From Desulfotalea psychrophila LSv54 (GTDB lineage Bacteria > Desulfobacterota > Desulfobulbia > Desulfobulbales > Desulfocapsaceae): a stretch of DNA of 32,000 nucleotides. Location: the NCBI RefSeq assembly GCF_000025945.1, contig NC_006138.1, positions 1,650,001-1,682,000 on the forward strand, in the 5' to 3' direction. Both the position numbers and the translations under genes were made by a program. The stretch's first letter is position 1, and every line of letters begins with the position of its first letter. Positions 1-9,768 of this stretch are shown piece after piece. The notes beneath the pieces are model-generated. The model was not told where the DNA came from, searched no databases, and saw nothing but the letters and a program-made list of their open reading frames with translations.

Positions 1-3
1 AAT

Positions 4-276
4 GTGGCAGAGAACTATTTTGTCTTTCCCAATGGCCGGGTCTATCAGTGTCCTCTCTGTGAGGATTATCCGCTCCACTCTTACTGCATTAAAGATGGTC
101 AGCTGCAGGCGCGGGAGGGTTTGACTGAAAAGAATTTCTTTTCTCTTGATATAGCTGAGGGGTGTGTGATGAATAAACTGCTTCAGCCTGAAAACATCAG
201 CTATCGGGATGGGGTGGTGGAGAACAAGATCTCCTGCTGTATGCTTAAGCAGGAGATGGTTGGTGTAACTCGCTAG
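4..276 (+). CDS. C-terminal fragment of a SPASM/radical-SAM-like Cys-rich protein (probably starts upstream of the window)
   Basis: ORF with Cys pattern FPNGRVYQCPLCEDYPLHSYC...CVMNKL...CCML resembling a SPASM-type C-terminal cluster-binding region; located at the window edge. Confidence 0.35.
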   Translation: MAENYFVFPNGRVYQCPLCEDYPLHSYCIKDGQLQAREGLTEKNFFSLDIAEGCVMNKLLQPENISYRDGVVENKISCCMLKQEMVGVTR

Positions 277-305
277 AGGTTCTGTCCGGCCGCCAGGTCA
301 TAGGG

Positions 306-1082
306 CTAAGCATCATCCTTCTTGCTTGCCTTAACTCTGTTGAAGAGGGCGCTGAGGAAAATGCCTGATTCGTAGAGGAGGAACAGGGGGCCGGAGAGAA
401 GGGCCGAGGCCATAAGGTCGCCTGCGCAGAGGAGAAAGGAGAGGGTGATGATGGCTATATAGAAGTACATCCTCTTCTGGCGAAAGTAGCGGGCCTGTAC
501 GAGGTTTGCTTTGCCGGCCATCAGCATAAGAAATGGGATCTGGAAGGCAATGCCAAAGGTCAGGATGGTTCGTCCGACAAAGGTCAGGTAGAGTCCGAGC
601 TTGGGTAGTGGCCTCATGGCCTCCGAGGTGTAGCTCATAAAGTAGGAGAGTATTTTGGGCAGTATAATGAAAAAGGCAAAACTCCCCCCGGCCAGAAAGA
701 GCAGGGTTGACCAGAAGACCACTGTTCTGGCGATGCTCCTCTCCTTCTTGGTGAGACCGGGCGCAATAAAGGCCCAACTCTGGTATATGCAGTAGGGCAT
801 GCTGCATATAAGGCCAATGAGGAGGGCAAGCTTGATATAGGCGAGAAAGGCCTCGGGGAGATTGGTGTATACCAATTTGTAGACAAGAGGGCTTGCCTCC
901 TGCAGTGGCGTAATGCATGCCCGGGCAATTTGTTCGGAAAATATATAGGCAACTGCAGAACAGAGAACAATTGCAATGCCGATGCGGATAATCCTTTTGC
1001 GTAGCTCCAGGTGATGCGGGCGAAAGAGGGCAAGGCTACGTTCAAGCATTGGAATTGTCTGTTCGAGATTATAATGCCCCAT
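306..1082 (-). CDS. tatC: Sec-independent protein translocase TatC
   Basis: Multi-TM protein with HHLELRKRIIRIGIA, EAFLAYIKLALLIGLICSMPYCIYQSWAFIAPGLTKKERS, FGIAFQIPFLM. Start in the 1049-1082 range; the longer ORF to 1181 overlaps tatB. Confidence 0.9.
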   Translation of the reverse strand: MGHYNLEQTIPMLERSLALFRPHHLELRKRIIRIGIAIVLCSAVAYIFSEQIARACITPLQEASPLVYKLVYTNLPEAFLAYIKLALLIGLICSMPYCIYQSWAFIAPGLTKKERSIARTVVFWSTLLFLAGGSFAFFIILPKILSYFMSYTSEAMRPLPKLGLYLTFVGRTILTFGIAFQIPFLMLMAGKANLVQARYFRQKRMYFYIAIITLSFLLCAGDLMASALLSGPLFLLYESGIFLSALFNRVKASKKDDA

Positions 1083-1518
1083 TCTCTTTCTCCTTATGAT
1101 CAGTACCAGGAGAATCTTGCTTTTCTTCTTTCTTATCCGTCTCGCTCTCCGGCTCAATTTCAATGAAGGTGCTGGTGTCAACCGCGTCCACGCTGGTGTT
1201 CTTCATCAGTTCCCGGTAGGCCGCGCCTGCCTCACCCAGATCCGAGGTGTCGGGGAGTTTGTCGAGGCCGTCTTTGAAGTTTGGAGTGGCAAGAAGATTG
1301 CTTTTCAGGGCAGCAGCGGCATCCTCCAACTCTTTTTTTGTTTCGCTGAGAGGGTTACCCTCTTTCTCTATGGATTGTTTGAATCCCTCTGCTGTTTTTT
1401 TCAGCTCCATGGCGCCCTTGGCAATGGAGCGGGCAAGTTCTGGAAGTTTGTCTGGGCCGACAACAATCAGGGCAAGGGCAAGGATGAGAATCATTTCCGG
1501 CAGGCCGATTCCAAACAT
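1069..1518 (-). CDS. tatB: Twin-arginine translocase TatA/TatB family protein
   Basis: MFGIGLPEMILILALALIVVGPDKLPELARSIAKG, amphipathic helix and acidic tail; adjacent to tatC. ATG (cat) at 1516-1518. Confidence 0.85.
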   Translation of the reverse strand: MFGIGLPEMILILALALIVVGPDKLPELARSIAKGAMELKKTAEGFKQSIEKEGNPLSETKKELEDAAAALKSNLLATPNFKDGLDKLPDTSDLGEAGAAYRELMKNTSVDAVDTSTFIEIEPESETDKKEEKQDSPGTDHKEKENGAL

Positions 1519-1712
1519 AGTATTTCCTTTTTCGTTATGGGACAATGTTATTGAGGGATGAGACTGGCAGATTTTACGTCATTTTATCTCTGGTGTCAAT
1601 AACACCCCCTCTGCTCTGTTGCAGTCTCAGTCAGGTTTTTCTTAAGCCTAAGGTCTTGTTTCTTGGGGTTGGGGGGCGGGGTGTAGAGGTTTCTTACTAA
1701 AAATTTCAATGA

Positions 1713-1741
1713 TTGACTTTTGCTCTTGATTTTGCTAAAAT
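1713..1741 (+). promoter_or_regulatory. Sigma70-like promoter for purA
   Basis: TTGACT (1713-1718), 17-nt spacer, TAAAAT (1736-1741), about 140 nt upstream of the purA ATG. Confidence 0.55.
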
Positions 1742-1883
1742 ACCCTGTTTTTCTTGCGAGGTTGGCGACTGGGTTCGTAGGCCTCTTCTTTTTTTATGTC
1801 ATGTAACGTTTCGCAAGCAATCGTTATTTTAAATTTTTATGCTGAATCTAGTGACAGTTTCCAATCCTAATAGGAGAGAGTAG

Positions 1884-3197
<1,314 letters not shown>

Positions 3198-3225
3198 CAG
3201 CTCCTTATTGGGGTTGGGATATCTT

Positions 3226-3247
3226 GCCATGGGTTGCGGCCCATGGC
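3226..3247 (+). other. Intergenic hairpin between purA and rpoZ
   Basis: GCCATGGG-TTGCGG-CCCATGGC perfect 8-bp stem, no following T-run. Confidence 0.5.
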
Positions 3248-3271
3248 ATAAATAGCATAAGAGGTTTTAAT

Positions 3272-3535
3272 ATGGCTAGAATTACTGTTGAAGATTGTCT
3301 GGATCAGGTAGGAAAAGACAATCGTTTTAATTTGATTCACCTTGCTGTAAAACGTATTCATCAGCATCGTCAGGGAGAGCCTTTTCTTGCAGGTGAGAGA
3401 AATAAGGAAGTTGTTAACACCCTACGTGAAATCGCTGCAGGCAAGGTAACCCTTGCAAACATTGATCAACTACCTGATATGGTAGATGGAGTTTTGCCTG
3501 AATCAGGCAAAGCAATGGGCAAATCTGCTGAATAA
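3272..3535 (+). CDS. rpoZ: DNA-directed RNA polymerase omega subunit
   Basis: [31 protein letters not shown] at 3272, inside the longer ORF starting 3224. Confidence 0.9.
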   Translation: MARITVEDCLDQVGKDNRFNLIHLAVKRIHQHRQGEPFLAGERNKEVVNTLREIAAGKVTLANIDQLPDMVDGVLPESGKAMGKSAE

Positions 3536-3555
3536 TGTGTAGGTATTAAGATTTC

Positions 3556-4677
3556 ATGACTATTGATTATTACGAAACATTATCTGTTGAACGAGATGCG
3601 GATCAGGGCACTATAAAAAAGGCCTACCGCAAGTTGGCAATGAAGTATCACCCGGATCGCAATCAAGGGGACAAGGAAGCTGAGACTCTTTTTAAAGAGT
3701 GTACTGAGGCCTATGAAGTACTTCGTGATGAAAGTAAACGCCGAATATATGATACCTATGGTCACGAAGGGTTAAAGAATAATGGCCAGCGTGATACGGG
3801 CGGTGCCGGTGATATTTTCTCTCATTTTGGCGATTTATTTGGCTTTGGTGGCGGTGGTGGAAGATCTCAGGCGCGTCGAAATGGGCCGATTGAGGGAAAT
3901 GATCTGCGTTACGATGTCTCTATCTCTTTTATGGAGTCGATACAAGGTGTCTCCAAAGAGGTGAAGCTTTCTCGTCGTGAAACCTGTTGGACCTGCGAGG
4001 GAACAGGAAGTCGGCCGGGCTATCAGCCTCAGACCTGTCCCACCTGTAATGGTCGTGGCCAGGTTCTTCGTTCGCAAGGATTTTTTCAGGTCAGTACAAC
4101 CTGCCCGGAATGTGAGGGCGAGGGCCAGGTGATTAAAGAGCCATGTAATGACTGTCATGGTGAAGGTCTGGTCAAAAAGACTAAGACTGTTGCTATCAAA
4201 ATTCCTGCCGGAGTTGATACGGGCGCTCGTATGCGTTTGCGTGGTGAGGGTGAAGGCGGACGTCGTGGTGGTCCCTCCGGTGATCTCTTCGTCATAGTCC
4301 ATGTATCATCCCATGAATTTTTTGAACGTGATGGTGACACAATTTACTGTCGTTTGCCTGTGTCAATGACCACGGCAGCTCTTGGTGATACGGTTGATGT
4401 TCCCACTGTTCATGGCAAGAAAAATTTGAAAATACCTGCTGGTAGCCAATCCGGAGAGCGATTCACTCTGCGTGGTGAAGGTGTCCCCTCTCTTAGAGGT
4501 CGGGGTAACGGTGATATGGTGGTTGAGCTTCATGTGGAAACCCCCACCGGTCTTTGTGAAGAGCAGAAGAAAATGCTTCGGGATTTTCACTCTTTTTGTG
4601 AGGAACATGGCCAGCACGAAAAAACGAAGGGCTTTTTTGCAAAACTTTTTGATGAAGTTCTTGGAAAAAACAAATAA
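3556..4677 (+). CDS. dnaJ: Chaperone DnaJ
   Basis: J domain with YHPDRN, Gly-rich region, four CxxCxGxG-type zinc repeats, C-terminal substrate-binding domain. Confidence 0.96.
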   Translation: MTIDYYETLSVERDADQGTIKKAYRKLAMKYHPDRNQGDKEAETLFKECTEAYEVLRDESKRRIYDTYGHEGLKNNGQRDTGGAGDIFSHFGDLFGFGGGGGRSQARRNGPIEGNDLRYDVSISFMESIQGVSKEVKLSRRETCWTCEGTGSRPGYQPQTCPTCNGRGQVLRSQGFFQVSTTCPECEGEGQVIKEPCNDCHGEGLVKKTKTVAIKIPAGVDTGARMRLRGEGEGGRRGGPSGDLFVIVHVSSHEFFERDGDTIYCRLPVSMTTAALGDTVDVPTVHGKKNLKIPAGSQSGERFTLRGEGVPSLRGRGNGDMVVELHVETPTGLCEEQKKMLRDFHSFCEEHGQHEKTKGFFAKLFDEVLGKNK

Positions 4678-4698
4678 TATTGTATCTTTGAGGGGGCT

Positions 4699-5193
4699 AT
4701 GGATTCTGAGACAAAATCACCACTGAGTCATTTTGATGAGAGCGGCAATGCGCATATGGTTGATGTCGGTGCCAAAGGTGAGACAAACCGTAAGGCTTAT
4801 GCCGCAGGATCTATTTCTATGAATCCTGAGGCCTATAGACTTGTTAAGGCGGGTACTATGGCCAAGGGGGATGTGCTTGGTGTTGCGAGAATTGCAGGAC
4901 TTATGGCAGCAAAGAAGGTAGATGAGCTTATTCCTCTTGCTCATCCCCTTTTGATAACTAGCTCAACCATTGATTTTGAACTTATGGATGAGAGCTATAC
5001 GGTGAATATCTTTGCCACGGTTGGCATGACTGGTAAAACTGGTGTCGAGATGGAGGCCCTCACAGCGGTTTCTATATCGGCCCTGACCATTTATGACATG
5101 TGTAAGGCCGTTGACAAATCTATGAAAATTAGTGATATTCGTCTGCTGAAAAAGACAGGCGGAAAAAGTGGTATATTTATTCGTAAAGACTAA
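4699..5193 (+). CDS. moaC: Cyclic pyranopterin monophosphate synthase MoaC
   Basis: [64 protein letters not shown]. Confidence 0.95.
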   Translation: MDSETKSPLSHFDESGNAHMVDVGAKGETNRKAYAAGSISMNPEAYRLVKAGTMAKGDVLGVARIAGLMAAKKVDELIPLAHPLLITSSTIDFELMDESYTVNIFATVGMTGKTGVEMEALTAVSISALTIYDMCKAVDKSMKISDIRLLKKTGGKSGIFIRKD

Positions 5194-5232
5194 TTGTTGA
5201 TATTTATAAGATCGTATTGAAGGAGATTGTTA

Positions 5233-5595
5233 ATGGATAAAGATGTGTTGGAACATTTTCGTCAGCAGTTGCTGGATAAGCGTCAAGAAATTCTACAAGA
5301 AGTTGATAAAACCCTCGGTGATATGACCGATCAGACGGCAAATATCCCAGATCCTAATGACAGGGCTACGGTCGAATCTGGCCGAAATTTTGAGTTGCGT
5401 CTTCGTGACCGGGAGCGTAAACTGCTCGGTAAGGTTGATGCGGCTATTGTTAGGCTTGAAGAGGGTGAATTTGGTATCTGTGAGGCCTGTGGGGAAGATA
5501 TTACCCTGAAGCGCCTTGAGGCCAGACCCGTAACAACCCTTTGTATTGACTGTAAAACACTACAAGAAAATGAAGAGAAATCTGTCGCAGAATAG
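5233..5595 (+). CDS. dksA: DksA/TraR family zinc-finger transcription factor
   Basis: IPDPNDRAT...ELRLRDRERKLL and a C-x2-C-x17-C-x2-C zinc finger (CEACGEDITLKRLEARPVTTLCIDC); RBS aaggag upstream of ATG 5233. Confidence 0.85.
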   Translation: MDKDVLEHFRQQLLDKRQEILQEVDKTLGDMTDQTANIPDPNDRATVESGRNFELRLRDRERKLLGKVDAAIVRLEEGEFGICEACGEDITLKRLEARPVTTLCIDCKTLQENEEKSVAE

Positions 5596-5700
5596 CTTTT
5601 CCCTTTCTTTTCTTGTAGCTTTGATCCTAACGGGCCAGTAGGCAGATGTGCCTTTTGTTGCTGGTCCTACCCCTTCCACCAGTACTCCTATTGTTACAGC

Positions 5701-6405
5701 ATGAAAGATATACAAAATCAAAGAGATACCCGCCAGGTGGATATTCGCAAGGTTGGGGTGAAAACAGTATCTTACCCAATTGTTGTTTTGGATAAGGCCC
5801 AGAAAAAGCAACATACCATTGCTCAGGTCAATATGTATGTGAATTTGCCGCATCATTTCAAGGGCACTCATATGAGTCGTTTTGTCCAGATTCTTGCCGA
5901 GTGTCATGGTGAGATAGATTTACAAAACTTCATCAAGATTCTTGAAAAAATGAAGGAGAGACTTTCGGCTGCGGCTTCGCATCTGGAAATGTTCTTTCCC
6001 TATTTCCTGCAACGTGATAAGGTTGATGCTACTGCCCTGTTAACAAAGTATAATTGTGGTCTTTGTGGCTCATTGCAAGAAGAGAGCAACCTGCGATTAA
6101 GTCTTGATATTCCTATATACTATTCAATAACCTCAGGGGAAAATAGGACTCGCTGGGGTCATGTCGATCTCTCTTTGCATCTGGAGAAATTTTACTGGAT
6201 TGAGGATATTATTGAGCAGGTTGAGGGGGCTATTGAGGTAAGTCCTATAGGGCATGATTCAGAGGTGGCTACCTCAACAACAGAGCTTGCCCATCGTATT
6301 GGTGGAGCCCTGGCGCTGATAGATGAGGTGGAGAGTTTTTCTTTGACAGTTCACCATCAAAGTGAAAATTTTAGCACCTTTGCTCAGCTTGAGTCTAACC
6401 TATAG
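5701..6405 (+). CDS. folE2: FolE2/MptA-like (COG1469) GTP cyclohydrolase family protein, divergent active site
   Basis: IQNQRDTRQVDIRKVGVKTVSYPIVV...HTIAQVNMYVNLPHHFKGTHMSRFVQIL matches FolE2 architecture; the canonical Cys-rich CPCSK-type motif is not present. Confidence 0.75.
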   Translation: MKDIQNQRDTRQVDIRKVGVKTVSYPIVVLDKAQKKQHTIAQVNMYVNLPHHFKGTHMSRFVQILAECHGEIDLQNFIKILEKMKERLSAAASHLEMFFPYFLQRDKVDATALLTKYNCGLCGSLQEESNLRLSLDIPIYYSITSGENRTRWGHVDLSLHLEKFYWIEDIIEQVEGAIEVSPIGHDSEVATSTTELAHRIGGALALIDEVESFSLTVHHQSENFSTFAQLESNL

Positions 6406-6542
6406 TCGCTTTGTTCCTCTGTGTGTCCCGGCTGTGTGCCCCTTATTGGTGGAGAATATTTATATCTTCCTACGGGAATCTTGAAAGCTTCAACTTTTCA
6501 AGTCCCCCTTACCTTTACCTTTACCTTTATTTATTGATAGCT

Positions 6543-8612
6543 ATGCGTGATCTACTATTTGAAATTGGAACCGAGGAATTGCCAGCGGGATTTCAACGCC
6601 CGTCTCTTCAGCAGTTGAAAGAGAAGTTTATCCAAAAGGCTGCAGAGCTTAAGATAGAGCATGGTGCGGTGGTAACTCTTGGTAGTCCACGCCGTTTAAC
6701 CATCATTGTCAAGGATCTTGCCCTAAAGCAGGATGATATCCTTGAGGAACTTCTCGGGCCCTCCAAAAAGGCGGCCTTTGATGGCGATGGTAATCCCACC
6801 AAGGCAGCCCAGGGCTTTGCCCGTTCCAAGGGAGCTTCTGTTGAAGATCTTCAGGTAGTAGAAACGGCAAAGGGCGAGTACCTTATGCTGGTGCGTGAGC
6901 TTAAGGGACAGGAGACTGTAGCTCTTCTGCCAAAGCTTCTTGAAGAACTCATTGGCGAACTCTCTTTTGCAAAATCCATGAGATGGGGAAGTTATACAAC
7001 GACTTTTGCCCGCCCTATTCAGTGGTTGCTGGCTCTTTTTGGTGAGGATGTTGTTGCCCTTAAGCATGGTGATATCGTCTCTGCTCATACCAGTCGTGGC
7101 CATCGCTTTATGGCCAATGTAGATTTTGTGGTGAAAGATGCCGCCTCCTATGAGGAGCTACTTCTTGAGCATAATGTAATTGTTGACCCTGCAAAGCGCC
7201 GGGCCAAGGTTGTGGAGGAGATTCATAGGGCCTTGGCTGAGAGCACTCTTGTCGAGGGTACTCTGGCTGTGGATGAAGAGTTAGTCGATACAGTGACCAA
7301 CCTCGTTGAATATCCATATGGGGTCTGTGGCGTCTTTGCTAAGAGTTTCTTGGATCTGCCCGATGAGGTACTGACAACCTCCATGCGAGTGAACCAAAAA
7401 TACTTTACCATTGTTGATGATGCAGGTGCCTTGGTTAATGGTTTTGTTGCGGTAAATAACACCAAGGTTATTGATAGTGAGGTGACCCGTAAGGGCCATC
7501 AACGAGTTTTACGTGCCCGTCTTGACGATGCGATCTTCTTTTTTGCCGGTGACAAGAAGACAAGCCTGGAAAGTCGGGTAGCCTCTCTTGCCGGCATTGT
7601 CTTTCAGACAAAACTTGGCACCATGGCTGAGAAGACTGAACGAATTGTTAAGTTGACCCGTAGCCTTGCCGAGGTAATTGACCATAGTCTGGTTGCAGAT
7701 GCCTGTCGGGCAGCGACTCTCTGTAAGGCCGATCTTATCACTGACATGGTGGGGGAGTTTACCTCACTTCAAGGTGTTATGGGTGCAGCTTATGCCACCA
7801 ATGATGGCGAAAAAGAGGGTGTGGCTCTGGCTATTAAGGAGCACTATATGCCAAAACGTGCCGGGGCAGAGTTACCTGACACCGATCTTGGCGCCTTAGT
7901 GGGCCTTGCCGATCGTCTTGATACCATTGCCGGTTGTTTTGGTATTGGTCAGATCCCTACGGGTACTGCTGATCCCTTTGGTCTGCGGCGCTTGACCCTG
8001 GCCGTGCTTCATATTATCTCTGAGCGTGGTTATACCATCTCTTTGCATGAAATGGTGGGCAAGGCCCTGGCCCTTTACGGAGATAAGGTCAACGGCGGCA
8101 ACGAAACAGTGGAAAAAATCATTGATTTTATGCGGGGGAGATTGGCTAACGACTGTGTGAGTCGCGGTCAAAATGCCGGAGCTGTTGAAGCTGTTCTTAG
8201 TCTGGGCTTTGATGATTTAGGCGATATCCATGCCCGTATTCAGGCCCTGATGGAGGTACGCAAGGAAGACTCCTTTGCTGTACTTGCCGCCTCCTTTAAG
8301 CGTATTCGTAATATTATTAAGAACAATACTGCGGTAGAGGTTCAAACCGATCTCTTTGAGGAGGATGCAGAGCGTAATCTCTTCTCTCTTTTTCAGCTGG
8401 TGGCCGCAGAGATGCAGGACCTTGTCGCGAAAAAAGAGTATCTTGCTGCCCTGATGGTAATGCTCAAGATGAAAGAGCCTGTGGATGCGTTTTTTGAGAG
8501 TGTTATGGTGATGGCCGAGAACGATGCTGTGCGGCAAAATCGTTTGAACCTGCTCACCGCCCTGGCGGATCTTGTTATGCAGATAGGTGATATCTCGAAG
8601 ATGCAGGACTAG
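6543..8612 (+). CDS. glyS: Glycyl-tRNA synthetase beta subunit
   Basis: MRDLLFEIGTEELPAGFQ, GEYLMLV, SMRWG, RPIQWLLALF, DLITDMVGEFTSLQGVMG, LGLADRLDTIAGCFGIG; ATG at 6543 with the longer ORF start 6411 disfavoured. Confidence 0.95.
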   Translation: MRDLLFEIGTEELPAGFQRPSLQQLKEKFIQKAAELKIEHGAVVTLGSPRRLTIIVKDLALKQDDILEELLGPSKKAAFDGDGNPTKAAQGFARSKGASVEDLQVVETAKGEYLMLVRELKGQETVALLPKLLEELIGELSFAKSMRWGSYTTTFARPIQWLLALFGEDVVALKHGDIVSAHTSRGHRFMANVDFVVKDAASYEELLLEHNVIVDPAKRRAKVVEEIHRALAESTLVEGTLAVDEELVDTVTNLVEYPYGVCGVFAKSFLDLPDEVLTTSMRVNQKYFTIVDDAGALVNGFVAVNNTKVIDSEVTRKGHQRVLRARLDDAIFFFAGDKKTSLESRVASLAGIVFQTKLGTMAEKTERIVKLTRSLAEVIDHSLVADACRAATLCKADLITDMVGEFTSLQGVMGAAYATNDGEKEGVALAIKEHYMPKRAGAELPDTDLGALVGLADRLDTIAGCFGIGQIPTGTADPFGLRRLTLAVLHIISERGYTISLHEMVGKALALYGDKVNGGNETVEKIIDFMRGRLANDCVSRGQNAGAVEAVLSLGFDDLGDIHARIQALMEVRKEDSFAVLAASFKRIRNIIKNNTAVEVQTDLFEEDAERNLFSLFQLVAAEMQDLVAKKEYLAALMVMLKMKEPVDAFFESVMVMAENDAVRQNRLNLLTALADLVMQIGDISKMQD

Positions 8613-8630
8613 CCAAAGCTGGGATAAAAC

Positions 8631-8663
8631 AAAAAACCTGTGGATAATTCTCCACGGGTTTTT
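8631..8663 (+). terminator. Rho-independent terminator after glyS
   Basis: AACCTGTGGA-taattc-TCCACGGGTT followed by a T7 run. Confidence 0.8.
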
Positions 8664-8710
8664 TTATGCGTATTTCATTTCATAGTTTAGTAACTACAGT
8701 TCCTCTGTGC

Positions 8711-9364
8711 TCAGTCCTTATTAAGCTGGAGGGTGATGCCATTCGGGCTAGGGGTGATTTTTGCTTGCAGGTGTGTAGCCAGTGATGCTATTGCTGCATC
8801 CTTTACGACCTTCTGCCCCTGACTGGCCAGAGTTTTTGCTGCCAATTGCAGAGAATATTGGGGGCCGGATATTTGCCAGGAAAGGACGATCTCTTCGCCC
8901 TCCGAGCATAGCTGATAGCTTTTGTCTAACAATAAGAAAAGAAGGGCTTCCAGGATTGGCAGGGAATGATGAATCTCTACCTGTGCCGGGCATTCCAGGC
9001 GGACGGTAATATTTTTGGCAAGAGCCTTTTTTTCGCTGAGTTCGATGCAGAATCCGATTAACTCTTGCCCGGAGATAGGGCCCCGTCCTCTGTCTGTGCT
9101 ATGGGCAAGCATGTTCATTCTTTGTACAATCTTATTAGATCGTTTTACCTGCTTATGGATACCTGCCGTTGCCTTTTGGACACGGCTGATTTCAATAGTG
9201 CCTTCATCTGCCCCAAGCAGGGCAAAATCTTCCAGTAGACCTGCGTGTTCGTTGATTATGGCCAGAGTGTTTTTGATTTCATGGGAAATCGAAGCGAAAA
9301 CCTCTGAAAATACCTCAAGACAAATCTGATGAGCCTCTTTTTGTTGAACCATGTTTTTCCCCAT
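8711..9364 (-). CDS. Histidine-kinase-like protein with a phosphoacceptor region but no recognisable ATP-binding boxes
   Basis: EVFASISHEIKNTLAIINEHAGLLED resembles the HisKA H-box; C-terminal half lacks clear N, G1 and G2 boxes. Confidence 0.55.
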   Translation of the reverse strand: MGKNMVQQKEAHQICLEVFSEVFASISHEIKNTLAIINEHAGLLEDFALLGADEGTIEISRVQKATAGIHKQVKRSNKIVQRMNMLAHSTDRGRGPISGQELIGFCIELSEKKALAKNITVRLECPAQVEIHHSLPILEALLFLLLDKSYQLCSEGEEIVLSWQISGPQYSLQLAAKTLASQGQKVVKDAAIASLATHLQAKITPSPNGITLQLNKD

Positions 9365-9366
9365 TT

Positions 9367-9768
9367 TTAGGCTTCTTCTGTTGTTGATTTTGTAAATGCG
9401 CCTTCTATTTTTTCGAGGAGGAGATGGAAGTCAACGGGTTTCATGAGATAGTCAAAGGCACCACGTTTTATTCCTTCACTGCCACTTGCAGAAGAGCCAT
9501 GCCCTGTAAGAATAATGACCTCGGTAGCCAGGCCTTTTCCCTTGATATAGCTGAGCAATTCGAGGCCATTGATATCCGGCATTCTCAGGTCAACGATGAT
9601 GACATCAAAAGAATTCTTTCCGATCAGATCAATGGCGGCTTGACCGGAGCTTGCCATTTCAGCTTTATACTGTCGTAGGTTGAGGCGGGTCATAAGGGTG
9701 TCGGCAAATTCAATTTCATCATCGACAATAAGTACCTTAATTTCTTTTTTATTATTAGTTTTCTTCAT
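9367..9768 (-). CDS. Single-domain response regulator (CheY-like receiver)
   Basis: VLIVDDEIEFADTL, VIIVDLRMPDINGLELL, ILTGHG, GAFDYLMKPVD. Start placed at MKKTNNKKE (9768), overlapping the stop of the upstream kinase gene. Confidence 0.85.
   Translation of the reverse strand: MKKTNNKKEIKVLIVDDEIEFADTLMTRLNLRQYKAEMASSGQAAIDLIGKNSFDVIIVDLRMPDINGLELLSYIKGKGLATEVIILTGHGSSASGSEGIKRGAFDYLMKPVDFHLLLEKIEGAFTKSTTEEA

Noticed and set aside
331-1045. 195-aa and 136-aa ORFs overlapping tatC
   Set aside because: Out-of-frame shadows of tatC with no recognisable motifs.
5560-5907. Minus-strand ORF over the dksA/folE2 junction
   Set aside because: Overlaps the conserved folE2 N-terminus and has no family features.
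6505-6535. Short tandem repeat acctttacctttacctttattta upstream of glyS
   Set aside because: About 3-4 copies of a 6-mer only. Could affect translation spacing but there is no positive evidence of phase variation; recorded as a curiosity.
6723-8537. Several ORFs antisense or out of frame to glyS
   Set aside because: glyS is intact with strong motifs; these lack RBS and family support.
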